A stretch of DNA of 64,000 nt, from assembly GCA_002633005.1 (NCBI GenBank), contig NMRA01000191.1:1-64000 (forward strand), read 5' to 3'. Shown piece after piece: positions 26,875 to 40,200 of this stretch. A program made the position numbers and the translations under genes. The stretch is from Phoronis australis. Its lineage: Eukaryota; Animalia; Phoronida. Position 1 is the first letter of the stretch. Each line of letters opens with the position of its first letter. The notes beneath the pieces are model-generated. The model was given only the letters and a program-made list of their open reading frames with translations, ran no database searches and was not told the origin of the DNA.

Positions 26875-29743
26875 CTCTATAGTTTGAAAACACAACTCAC
26901 CATCTAGTGACTTGTCCTGAGCTGGCAAACGACGGTTTCTCTTCCAATACTTTATGAGCATTGTGATGGCAACAAACCCCACGCAGAAGCTGACAACAAC
27001 AAGAATAGCGATCAGCGCATCAGATGGTACAGAATCTACAACACTGCCTCCTGTTGTGACATCTCCGGGGTTAGCCGTACTTTTAATTGTGGAGCTTCTC
27101 ACTAGCAAGTACCTAAATTCTGAAAATGTAAGCACATTTAAGAAACATAAATTTTAAGTTACAGAAAAAATTTGAAAAAACCATGGAATAAACAATGTAT
27201 ATAACACTTCAAACCCCAATTTTTGTAACCAAAGAACATAAACTGGGCCCCCTGTAAATAACAAATGATGTCACCGCACTATACAATAGTCTATGATAAA
27301 TGACATGATGACAATGACATGCCAGTAGCAAAGTTCAACTAGAAAACCCGTTGGCAAGTATTTTGCACATCCATTGATCAGGAGGCCCAGGGTCTTGTTG
27401 CATAATTGCAAATAGTAAAATATAAAACAACATTGTTACATATGCCTCAGTGTTGCAATCATTGCACGAGTTGGATGTGCAAAATTACAAAAACATGTTG
27501 AGCTCAGACTATCTTGCTAATACAATAAAAGTTACCAATAACAAGCAAGAAGTGACTTGCATAGCACAATTTTAAGAAAATTAATATAACATTTTATTTC
27601 CAGACTAAACCCATTGCTTTTCCAAATATGCCTCCCATGTAGGAGCATGAATTGATGCACATCTTCAGTCATGATAATGTATTGTTAATCATTAACACAT
27701 TTTAGTTTATTCAGTATCAACATTCCTTAATTTTTGTGACGGATTTGTAGAGCTTGATTAGGAATCTTAAAATGATTATGTAATTGTGGTTCTGGGACGA
27801 AAGGGAGCAAAATTAGCAACTGTTCCAGAAAATATTTATTGCTAGAAATGGAATGCATTGATGGTCTTTAAAGAAAACTGCTCCACCTTCAGGGAACAAC
27901 AGTTATGGACATACTTGTGTAAGATCAGGTATACAGTACAGAAGGGAGACTCCAGGAATATCAATTTCACAAACAAGAATAAATATTTCAATGTTGGAAT
28001 GGGGTATAACAAACCTTTGCACTTTAAGTCCTCTGAACATTTTCTTTGACTGCTTTTTCTGATGCTCTCGCACAACTCCTTACACTTTTCACAGATTTTG
28101 AGAGCAAGGTTGTAGTGCTCATATCTGCCACAGTTGTCAAGCACCTGTAATATAACATAGCATGGACACTCTTTCACAAAAACATCAGCAATTCCAAACC
28201 ACTCCCATTGATCACTGCCATCATCATCTGTTAGATCACTGATAGACAGTTGTTAAACATTCCGTTCCCAACAGTGCAATATATCATCATCAGCGTACAG
28301 GTTACGATAAAAATTCTACAATTTGAGAAAGTTTCTAGAATTTGGGCCACGGAAACTCACGCAAATTGAATTGAAATTTCGGCAGTCTTGACACATCGTG
28401 GAATTTGAGACATTAGGCGATTTTGGCACTCACCATATTTCTCAGCTTTTGGACAATTATTATGCTTCACTCTACGGAGAGGGTAATTTTGACAATTTCT
28501 ACGCTCCTTGAATTTGGTATGGCCAATACTGGCTAATTTCTAGAATTTGGGACAAGGTCCGACCTTGAACAAAATAAATATAATCTTCTGCTGTCCCAAA
28601 TTGGGGAATTTTTACCATAATTCATCATTATCATCACCATCCTTATTCATTCCATAGTCTTACTGCTTTTGCACTGCTTCAGTCAGACTGGGTTAAAACA
28701 ACCACTAGACAAAGCTAGCTATCAAAAGCCCTATAAGCGGTTGGGTTGGCCCCTACTCTAAAGGTGCACGTATTTCTATAACACTGAAACTCTGCGAAGG
28801 TTGTGACAGGCAAGGAATTGAAAAGTTTATACGAACTGGCTGTTGTAGATAAGCCAGCCCAGCTATGTCATATAGGCCTACAGATGATTTGCACCGAAAA
28901 CCATTTGGTGTACAGCCTACAGGATAAATATGTGCTGTCATTTAGGCTTAGGCAACACATCGACTGTCGGTGGACGCCGAAGACGATGGTCCTGTACTGA
29001 GGCATGGCTACAACATGGGCAGCGCAGCACTGAAAAAAGTGGGGGACTAAACCCCCTGAATTATTGAGCTCTCGTTTTCAGTATATTTTTACTAGTATAT
29101 TTTTACTCGAATGTTGTCTGTCATCTCTGACTCCCGGAGCTAACTAGTAAAATACACGGGCAAAGCTCAACTCTAATGACTATAAGCTAGGAACAGTAAC
29201 GCTAGGACCTACGCTAGGAATCTAGCCAAAGTCACATGCTCTCATTTGAAATACACGGCAATATCTCACGTAATCTCGCAAAGTCTTGCTGTTTAGCGAG
29301 GCCCTAGACCTAGCGTTACTGAACGGGAGGCTGGTTCCTAGCAGGCATGCCCATTCTTGCCAGGCGGACACGCCCCGCCACTAATCGAGCACAGCCGCCG
29401 GCATATAAGTAACCCCTGTTAATAATTATTTATAAAGGTAATCACCAGCAAATGGTCCACGGCATTGCGATTTCAATCTAGTTATCAAGGTGCTGACTCG
29501 CCGACCCATGTAAATCAGTCAGTTCCAATCACTATCTTCACACCAATGCGCCACATGATACATGTTAAGTTGTCGGCTTTGAGTTAACCGGCCGTAAATC
29601 AAGGCAAGTGAACAATTAAAGCAATATAAGACGGTATTAAGATTGGTGATGACATTAGACTCGTAGCTTAAACTAATATCTGAAAGATTGTTGAGTCATT
29701 CATTGTAAAAACGAAGCTTTAATGAGAAACGAAAAATTACCAT
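24443..29743 (-). CDS. Putative type III TNF-receptor-superfamily-like protein, BCMA/TACI-like, paralog B (~182 aa)
   Basis: Exons: 29743-29741 (ATG|gtaatt); 28144-28015 (VLDNCGRYEHYNLALKICEKCKELCESIRKSSQRKCSEDLKCK, C-x12-C-x2-C-x3-C-x10-C-x5-C); 27119-26901 (S/T-rich stalk, TM SDALIAILVVVSFCVGFVAITMLI-KYWKR); 25339-25218 (..DAVQES..DSGFSPS..VCQ); 24517-24443 (ESGEG..PAEN*). All introns are GT-AG and phases match. The terminal exon is the least certain (alternative at 23781-23704). Confidence 0.72.
26009..26259. mobile_element. PIF/Harbinger-like MITE (~250 bp) in intron 3 of receptor B
   Basis: TIRs ggcctcgttccaagaaaactgactta / taagtcagtttcttggaacggaccc, with CAG on both flanks. Confidence 0.62.
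26838..26872. repeat. (TG)n microsatellite
   Basis: Direct reading. It lies ~30 bp into the intron after the TM exon of receptor B. Confidence 0.92.
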
Positions 29744-29927
29744 CCTAGACGTATGACGAAATCGGCGAGAAAGGGAGATAACAAACGAACGAAAGTTACT
29801 AAAAATAACTCAGGGATTTCCCAAGTCGAACTGACGCCTGGCGGTGCGACAGTAGGCTAATGGAACGCATTTCCGCTAAACAAATTGTTGTTTAGGACAT
29901 ATGTCGCAGACCAAGTAGGCTACCCGA
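29744..29927. promoter_or_regulatory. Bidirectional promoter between receptor B (-) and METTL22 (+) with a kappaB site
   Basis: The start codons at 29743 (-) and 29928 (+) are separated by only 184 bp. GGGATTTCCC lies at 29813-29822. Confidence 0.65.
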
Positions 29928-32900
29928 ATGAATTCCGATGAGCTAGTATTGTCTGACGTCCATTTGAGCACATTTGCAAGACCGAGCACAACCGATAATC
30001 AGCTAGTCAATGGTAGTATATTACACTTAAATCTCAATATATCGTAATAGTTCAGTTCTGTGAGATTTTACTGGATGTCTCTCTGAGCCAGTGAGTCACT
30101 GGTTCGGTTCCCGGGTCGGGTACATAATCTCGCTACTACAAAACATATGTCACGAAAGGTGTTTAGACCAGAATCCGGCAGAATCGCACTTATTTGGGCA
30201 AAATTTCTAGACGTAAATAGAAAGTGGCCTGAGTCGCAACTTGTTTTATTGTCAAAAAGCACTGCAGGTTTATTGCTGCTCCGTAAGCTGCTGTAGCCTA
30301 AATCAGTGAACAGGATTTACATTTGAAAATGTTGGGTTACGAAAATAGGGCTCCGCCCCACTCGTGTTAGCTTGAAACTGAGTGTTTTCTTTTTGTACAC
30401 CCCCACAGCGACAACAAGGTTTGTGTTCAGCTGCCCTGTACATTGCAACCACGATGGTGATGGCAACGCAGAACACCTTCCAGAAACTGATTCTGATGGA
30501 GATTTTGTCCTTGACCGTTCCAGTAGTTCCACTAGAAATAATGAGAAAGACGTAATTGTTTTAAGTAAGTAAAGCCCCTTAACCTCTCTGTATGTCCTGG
30601 TTATTCCGCAAGGCTAATCCTACTGTTACTCAAATCGTCCATATTTTTTTCTATCTACTATCATTTATGTATTTTTCAATAACGTTATTGAAATAGTGCC
30701 CAGTGGTAGTGCTAGGGTTCTTAACTAAAACGACGGCCATTGTGCCATGATTGTTTTTGATTTTCTGCAATTGGCTATTACACATGTAATACCGGATGGG
30801 CAAATTCGGAAGTGACAAACAATTGGGCTTGATTAAAACAGTGGCAAATAGCAAATTTCATAAGTTCGCATGATCAGTATTTATTTGAGGAAGAAATAAT
30901 ACTTTATATCACTGCCAAGCAGAATATTAATTGTATTAGATATTCAAAGCCACATACCTTCTTCAAGGCCTCTGTTTTGATATGGAAACCACTGATCATC
31001 TCATACACAATCGCATCAGGAACTTCTCTACTGCAACATTTTTCTCATGATTGCACTACGGTTAGATTCGACCATTTCAGACTTGGTTTATTGTTGTTGT
31101 TGTTGTTGCCTTGAGTGTTTTGGCGATGGAAACGAATAAAATGGTCAATGCAAAAATATGTTACCAGTGAGTTCTAATGCACTTATTACCTTGTTTCTTT
31201 GCAGACCACTCATTGGCAACATCCTTGAGCAATGTAGGACTTCAGGTATGAACAGGGCAAACAGCACACTTGCTTCGCTAACGGAAAACAGTGTTTACCT
31301 ACAGTAAGGTTATAGGCTACCTTCAGGTATTTACAGAAAACCAATAAAACTATATTTTGAAATCCCCGTATCTACACAAAAGCAATTCCCAGATGTTTCT
31401 AATCACAAGATGTGTTTTTTCTCTAAAATCGTATTTTCCACAAACACACTTGCAAATTCTGTATCTATATTTTACTAGGTACAAAAGTGTAAGGACATTT
31501 ATTTTTAGCCTAAGAACACTGTTGTCCGAGAACTCAAGACTTGTGTTTTTTCAAGGAATGTTGGCATCTTCAATTTTGACAACAGAGTTCATGACTAAAA
31601 GGCCTTGAATCAAAATTTCAGGCATGCTTTTAGCAATAGAAAAGGGAACAATAAATTTTAAAGGTTCACGCAAACATTTGTATTTATCAAATTACGGCAA
31701 TCTCCATAAAATCAAAATTTTTAGAAGAAATCCAGTCATGAAAATTTTTTGTACATTGAGATATTCTGTGATCATCAGCTACGTCAGTAATTTCGGTCAT
31801 TTATTTTTGTTATAAAAGGTAGCCTATTACTAAAAAGGTTTCCATCAACATTTTTTGCTATTACCTGACAACTGAACCTGGTAAACCTTGGAAGTCCTTT
31901 CATGTTTCATCCAACAACTTTTAAGTGGGGTAAGGTAGTTCACTTATTCCGAGAGTGCATTCATGCTGTTTCGGACATTTCTAACACTGGACTCTAACAG
32001 TCCTTTGTCAACTTTTATTTGCCCATTTTCAACAGTCACTTGTAAAAAGATCTATTTTCTGAATCCCGGATAAATTCTTACTATCAATACACAGATTATT
32101 CATTTTTCTTCATACAATAGGTATATCTGACTTCAAAGTCTCTTTTTAAAAACTTACCATCTTCATAACTAATATTACTTGTGCAGGTAAAGGTAAATAA
32201 AATCTGAGAAATGGTTCCCTCGGCCATAGACCTTAACATCAGTTTGCAAAATTTCATGCTAATTGACAAGCACACTAATTTTCAAAATTGCCAAAATTCA
32301 AGAAAATCAAAATGCCTGAAAAAAGATTTTCAATCTTAGTGCTAAACAATTGTGATATCTTGCAGAAAAGTATTGCATTTAAATTAAGGTTATGAGTAGC
32401 AGTGGAAAATAAAGATATGTTTTTATAGGATGAGAATTTGCATTTTTGAAAAAATCCTTGGAAGTTGACAGTTACTTTAAAATGCCATTAAAACTCTTGT
32501 TGTAATGTTGCTACGTACAATGATACAACTACCATGAACTCTGCCATGTGCTGAGAAAATAATAGTATTTTGTCTGCCATGCACAGTCTAGGAAAATTGA
32601 TGACTTATTGCCATATATGTTGCTCTGTGTAGCATTCTGTGACTAATCATTTTACATCATAATTTGGTTACAGGTGTGGAGAGGTGCTTTGTTATTGGCT
32701 GATTACATAGTCAGTCATAATTCCATGTTTGATGGATGTGTTGCTATGGAAATGGGTGCGGGTGCTGGTCTGGTCTCTGTTGTCATAGGAATGTTTGCTG
32801 AACACGTTTTTTGCACTGGTAAAATATTTTATTTGGGTTTTGTTTTTAATATTTCCTTACTGAAATGCAGTTGTACATTCACATGTACATTATTATAAGG

Positions 32901-35900
32901 ATTCAAAGTTTACCTCCATCTCATTGGAAGATTTATACTGTCGCAAGGGGAAAGCCTCAATTTTTTAAGGAAATGTTCAGGCAACCAGTAACTTTAACTT
33001 TGTTTGGGATGCAGCTTCTATTATGAGTTAGTGATGGGTAAAATTAGCTGATAAGTCATGCTGGAAACTATTTTCCAATGAATAGCTCAAGGCATGGTTT
33101 TTGTTGAAACAATCACTTCACCAATGCTGAAAATTCAAGAACCCTCATAGTCTAATTTTTACTTCTCTGTTCCCATCAGTGTCCATGTCCCAAGAAAGTG
33201 GAAAATACAGCCTGAGTCCTTTCTATTTAGGTGTGATCTGATAAGAAATACTGTAGTGATTACCCTCGCTATATGACCAAGTGAATAGAGTATCTCTGTT
33301 GGTGCTTATACCCCAGTGACAATGGAATGTGGATAAGCTGACCAGGTGAATTCAAAGTGATTTTTCCAAATCGATCCTTATCTCTTTAAAGATGATGTTT
33401 GCTTTTGCAGCGTGTAAAAATGCTCCCCCCCTCCTGCTGAATCCATAGTAAGACAATTTTGAAATGCTTTAACAAGAGAGAAATGTCACCTATGACTCCT
33501 AACCCAGGCATAACGCAATCATGGCGGACTGGAAAATGATGTTGTAAAACTGACCAGGTGAGACAAGAAATTCCTGCTTCCCCCCAAATAACCCCATGCA
33601 AAAGATGTAATGGACAATATATTATTTTTCCAAATAAAGTTATTAAAGTGAGCGAAATGAGGTGAATTGTCATTACTTGCCTTATTTCAGCACTTGAAAT
33701 ATTTCTTCTGACAAGGCAAGGCTCGTCACTGAAATGCATGAATGTCCCAACATTCTGTAGCCGCACTAGTTGTAAACTCAGTCTCATCTCATTTCAAATT
33801 CTGTTGTTTTTAGATACTGGAGACAATGTGTTGGAAAACTGTGAAACAAATGTCCACAACAATGGATACATGTATCGAAACAGAAGCCCAGAAAACCCTG
33901 TGGTTGTTGTAAAAGAATTTGACTGGCTTGCAGATGGCTTTAGTACTGATGCAGGAAGACGGTTTTCGTGGACTTGTCAAGAAATTCAATTGCTGGATTC
34001 TGTGACGGTGTTTCTGGCTGCTGACGGTTTGTGTTGCTTTATCTTCCAGTGTAATGTTCTTTGAATTTTGCATTGAAATTATGTCTTTTCCTCTTTAACA
34101 CATGATATATCCTGAAAAATGGAATTTTATTTTAATTTTCAATTAAAGATGTATTTGCATGCTCCTAACTATGCTAATGTATAGCAGCAACTAACCGACA
34201 ATGCTATTTGAACATCATCTATGCTAAACAAAGTGCAGTTGTAGTCATTGACAATAAATGTGAAAAAAAATCTGCAAATAGGTGATCTTTGCACTAGTGA
34301 CATACCTTCAGGGCTATCCCGCATCGTGTAGTGTTATGCCCCAGCACCACGTCACGATACTTACTGGACATGCTTCAGTGATTTGCGGCAGATCATTTTC
34401 TCCACAAAACTCATTTTTAAAAACATTTGGCAATTTTCAACGTACTTCATATTCATATCATCAGTATATGTTGTGTTTCTGACTAATTTGACCCAGCAAT
34501 CACAGAGATAAGGAATTAGCTTGCAAGTTCCACTTGATGAATCTTGGCAAAAATATATCCTACGGTAACATTTCATTTATTTGGCGTACTCATCTGGGTT
34601 ACCGCCCAGGGCGCTTAAATTGGGAATCTAAAAAGTAGGGGGTGGGCGGTAAGCCAGGCATGGGTGGTAACCTGGAGGAGTACAGTAGATAATTCCCACA
34701 ATTGTTTTGTTTCTATTTTTCAAAGACTGTTTACCATGTTGCAAGTAATGGACATTTTGCCAAGTGTTGTTGTATGACATCAACATTGTAAAAGGCAAGA
34801 TAACAATAGACTGAGATTTTATGAATCATTAATTTAGGTGAAAAAATAAAATTTCACTTGCCTACCATATTGTGTGATAAATAGGTGAAGGGTTATCATA
34901 AGCGGTAAGAACGTACTTCATTGTAAATGTTCTCTGTACAGCTGCCCTCAAACAGCACAGAGTAAGGTTACAACTTGTAGTAAGGAAACCACTGCGTTAA
35001 CATATTGACAACAAACAGTTTGATTATTTGGTTGTAATTGGTTAATGCTTATTTGTACTCAAAATGGACTGGATGACCTATCAGATATTTAAAAAATAAC
35101 AATTAAATTGTTACTCTGAAATAACACCTTGTTGTTTAACCGGTAGTAAATCATATTCTCACGTCCAAACTTTCTAGTTCCCAGGAACGCTTCCAAAACC
35201 ACATTACTGCTTTCTCGTAACATATCAGAAGTGAGGTCGGTTATTCACCTCGACAATTTCAACGTGTCAGTATTTCATACTTTCAAGTCAGAGCTGAATG
35301 CTGTGACCTTGAATTTACTAAGTCTGACCTGAAGCAATAAGGATTTGTCAGATTTTTCTGAGTACAGAGATCACCTTTAAACTAAGTAAAGAATAAGATG
35401 GGACCATTTTTATAGCTTCTAGTGGCCTAAATCAAAAACTGATTTTTGACAAAAAGCAATTTAAAGCCACTTTATGAATTTCAAACAATTTTGGATGAAG
35501 GAGTTCTCATCATATGGCATTGTTATTAACCTCAGTGGGGGTGTTGAACATATAGCACTTTGCTAGTGGGCCCATGTCCTAGCTGATCCGTGGCATTTTA
35601 AACGACGACATAGGTCTCTGCATTATTTTCTTTATCTTCATTGTTCATTGATTTATTTTTGTGAATGGTTAATCCTCAAATGTGACAGATATTGAGCTGT
35701 CTTTGTGGTGCTGTGTCACACGCTCAAACTATGATGTGGTCGGTAATTCTTTACTTATTTAGCACACAACATGGCCAAACCAACAGAATTCTATTATCAA
35801 AATTCGCTACAAAATAAAGAAAAATTTAGTCCATTGCCAGTGTGGTTTATATGGTATAGACATTAACAAGATTCCATTATTTTGTAGCAAAGTAATAAGC

Positions 35901-37213
35901 CTTTGATAAATGAAAAATGGCAATTTTCCAGTTATTTTCATAGAAAATAATTGGAGAATAACCGTAGTAACCCTCTCCCACCCAACAGTAAGAGTGACAA
36001 AATCAAGGAGTTGTGTTTTTTTCAGTTGTGTACCGTGATGAGTTAACGGATGCGTTCTTCATGAAAATGTACGACCTTTTATCAAAGCCACCAGCTAAGT
36101 CTCTGTACATCTCCATTGAAAAAAGGCGAGTGTATTAATTGTTGAGTGATAACATTCCTACACATTGTCACAATGTCAGTCTACTTTTTGTTCGTAGTAT
36201 GTAAAATACAACATTTCCTTCCAGTGCTTCTCGGAGGAAGCTTCCTCTTGTGGTCATATTAAACATTGTTTTACTTTAAGTCTTACTGCCTTGAGATGTA
36301 ATTTTAATACCGTCAATGTTTCCGTTTTCTTTGTAGACTTAACTTCACTTTAGAAGAGCTTGACGTAGCATGTCCTGAGTACGAATACTTTAGAGCGTGC
36401 CTGGATAGATTTGGCGAGCTAGAGTCTTCAGATTGCAGCTTTTCAGTTGAGCAGATTCCATCTAATTTCCATCAGCATTTTCGATACGAGCGAGTTAAGC
36501 AGCTGGTGAGTTACGATTTGATATACAGTATTGATCAGTCGGTTTGCTCTATACAGTATTCATTTTGTTTTTGTTTTAACTGGTTATGAAAATTAACACA
36601 ATTTTACTTGCCAAATGTAGTTTACTAATAAAACGACATCACTCAGGGCTTGGAATGACCTATGACAAAAAAAGAGAAAAATGCTGGAGGTGATGTATCG
36701 TTTCATAAATAAGTAGGATTGTGCAATAGAAATATTTTTGTGTTGTAAATTTTAAGTGAAATAAAAATTTTTGCATAAATGAAATCAAAATAATGATAAA
36801 AAGAGATGAAGAACAGAGGAAACTGGAAATCAAATAAGAGGAAATTGGAACCAAAAAGAGGAAATACTCTTAAAAGAGCAGTGTTAACAATTTGAATTCT
36901 TTTTTTGGTGATTTAGTTGACGCGTATTGTTACGTTAAGATCTCATCATTTTAGGACACAGTATGACGGATTAGGGAAATTTTTATATTTTCAATTTCCT
37001 TTTCATAAAAACTGACAGTGGATGATATTTTGTCTGAAAAATGTTATGTTTCTGTACGACTTCGACAGTTATCCTTCAAACAATAATTTGAAAATGAGTT
37101 TAAGAATTTGGCTCTTTCTCTCATATATTTGTGTACCCATCTGTCAATTTTTAATTTGGTGTTTTCTTTTTCAGGAATTATGGCGCATTACATCTGCCTT
37201 CAGCAATGGCTGA
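29928..37213 (+). CDS. METTL22: Methyltransferase-like protein 22 (seven-beta-strand protein-lysine methyltransferase), ~315 aa
   Basis: Exons 29928-30012, 30409-30564, 31205-31245, 32674-32818, 33814-34026, 36026-36125, 36337-36505 and 37175-37213 join in frame. Characteristic segments: VLSDVHL, DSDGD, H-x2-ATSL-x2-VGLQVWRGALLLADYI, SAM motif I MEMGAGAG, FLAADVVY-x-DELTDAFF, IEKRLNFTL, YERVKQLELWRI. Confidence 0.93.
34146..34345 (+). repeat. Interspersed repeat shared with 57107-57320
   Basis: aaagatgtatttgcatgctcctaactatgctaatgtatagcag... is near-identical over ~200 bp in a METTL22 intron and a SUZ12 intron. Confidence 0.8.
34585..34687. mobile_element. Short Tc1/mariner(pogo)-like MITE
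   Basis: Imperfect TIRs cgtactcatctgggttaccgccca / tgggtggtaacctggaggagtacag, followed by TA. Confidence 0.5.
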
Positions 37214-40200
37214 CAATTGACTGCTGTTCAGTGTCGACCAACAGTGTGTGGTAACCTTAACAACATTGGAGAAGCTAAGCGCTTGGGAATGTTAATGGGC
37301 AACTGCGGTGAAATCTCTAGGCTGTTCGCCTTGCCTGTATCATCTTGATCTTAAAGAAGACCTCAGTGACAAGAGCCATGCATCTTGTCACAATCCAGAC
37401 CATTGTATGCCTGCCTGTGTGACCAATGTGTGGTCAAAGACTGCAGCTTAGGTTCTGGCTTGACTGGCGAGCTCTTTCCTAAAAGGCCTCGAGCTTTTGA
37501 AAATCCCAAATCTCGTAATCCAAGGATGAATTTTAGGTAGTGTTAAAGAGATGGCCTTTGAATTGTGAACATCGGATATATACTCTTTGGCATTGTGAAA
37601 ACACAAAAGCGATTTTTGCTTTTTTGTAGTGCAAAACACACCGAATTGACGAAGACAAAATTCACTTACCCACTGTCATAATGGACCTTTTTGCTTGAAT
37701 TTGAATATTGTGACAATGGCAATTCCGCAGCATGATTTTGTAGAATATATAAAATAGTTAATTTAGAAATCCCAGTATGTAGATTCTCAGATGTTGCTGA
37801 ACATTATGAAATACTCAAACCGTCCTCTAGCAACAAATGGCTGTTGTGACCTCGGAATCATACTTACATCAAGCAGATGGTGAAAATTTGACACATTTGT
37901 CAATACACGTGTAATTGAATTTCCAAGACACTTTGGGTAACAATTCTTTTGGTCAGTCGGAGATTGGAGCTGTTCATGTACTTTTTCTCCTTTAATTTTT
38001 GAAATTTGGTAAATGTGATCAGTATTACGAATGCATGAGTGAATACTGACGTGCCTAAGTGAGTGCATTTAAGAATAGTATATTTTAGGTAAGATTACAA
38101 CTGAACTGGTCGGTCACTTTTATAAGAGCAGGTGGCACGAGTTGACTACAAGATATTATCAAATGAGGACCAAATTGTCCAAAACATTCGGCGCGAATTG
38201 GTCATTTAGACACCTGCCTCAACGTGAAACGTTTATTTCGAATCTAGTTTACCTAGTACTTGTATGTGATGAACAGTGAGAACTTGTTCAGATAAGAAAC
38301 ATGAGTAGCAAAATGGTAGCATGTTTATTTAGTACAATAGTTATAAAGGTTGTTGTATTAAAACAGGTACATGCAATAATTTGGTTTGGTACTAGTTTGT
38401 ACACTTTACCTTTATACCGCCATTATGTAACAAACTGTGCAAATAGTAAGGCAACTGGTATAAACAGTGACTTGTAAAAATGCTGTTAATCTGTTGACAT
38501 TATTTGAAACCTGGGCAACCACATTGTATGGCCCTCTAATTCCAACAAATGCCTTTATTTCTCTAGGGAATGTGTTTTTAAATGTACATGAAATCTATGT
38601 TGAAATAAAGGCTTTAATCATTTTATACCAAATGTTTTTTTAACAATCTCTCAAGCTTCTGGTACATCGGGTGTTTAAAATGAACCAATTTCTAATCCCA
38701 CTTAAAACTGCTGGTGTGTTACACTCTACTTGGTTTCCAAGGAAACAAATTCAGATGCAGAGTATTTGCTAGGCAGTAATCTTACAAGGTCACAGATTTT
38801 GAGAACCAGTTTGATGCTCGTTACTTGAATAAGAAAACTGATTCTCAAAATGCAGTATCCCTGTAAGTCACTGTCACTGGATAACAGTCGACAGTAGTTC
38901 ATTTGTTTCTAATGTAAAGACCAAATTAAGACCTGATGGCAAGTGAATGGTAAAACTTGAACAAATAAGTTACACTCCAACATGTTAAAATCACTACTTG
39001 AAGCAGCCATAAACATGTATTCCGTCAAATAAACTTTTGCATTACACCATTTTACTTTAAATCTGGTCCTGATTTGATCTTTACTAGGGACGATTAGTGT
39101 TTCGGGGCTTGGAAAGAACCGATAACTTGATTTTGCGCGAGACTGTTTGGCAAAAAGCAAACTTAATGAATTTAAGTCTCTAGTATTAACCAACTGTCGG
39201 CTGTTTCCTAGCAAAGAAATCACCGATAACGAGAGTGAGGCAAAAGCTTAGACCAATTTCATTACACCGAGTGCTCTAAATCGAGCAACGGAAAGCTGGT
39301 TTTAGCAACTTTAACTCTGATAAGGTTCAACAGTATGGTTGTCCTTAACCATGCACTGGGATTTCTTAGAGAATTTGGAGGTCTTATGCAAGTTTCACAG
39401 TATTTCATTTCAAAAATGATCACCACAAGAATGAGATCCACTTTCACAGGTAGCCATCTTGAGGCCTTCTTTCAACCAATAAGTGTTCCAACTGATGGCC
39501 CACTCCAAATAGCCCTGAATTCAGAAGGTATTGCATACCCATAGTGAAGCTAAGGCACTATCTCGGAAGACTAATAGCAAAACTTCTCTGAAGTGTTAAA
39601 AGAGAGTAAAAATAAAATCTACATTCACTATATAGCCCAAACTACAGTTGATGGTTATAAGTCACATGTACCAGGTGCTGCCACCTTTAGGATAAATACC
39701 CAACTTTTTATTACAATCTCACTTTCCCACACATGGCATTTGTTCCAAGTCAAGGTCACTTTATCCAGCTATTAGAAATGAGTGAGATGGAAGATGGACA
39801 TAACCCAACATTAGCCGTTAAAAAGATTTTCCTGAAAATTCAAGATGAATCCTAGAACCAGACCAAGCATCATTTCTGAAAACCATCGCATTTTGTGGCA
39901 CAGCCCTCTTTTTGTTCCAAGCTGTCCTTTAACACGGCCAGTTAGCCATAATTACACCTTGAATAAAATGCAGATCTTAGAATGTTTCCAATGTAGGATT
40001 CCCTGCCACTTACTTCATCCATTGCATTTTGAACTGAATCACTTAAATAATAATCATAACAACTTACCATACTACTGTTCAAAAGAAAGTCAAAAAGCCA
40101 ACAAAACATCTGAGTGCTGACAGAGGGATGGTACAAGTTTACCCAGAACCCATTAAAACACTGCTTTACAACAAAACAATTTTCTTGTGGTAGACCTATT

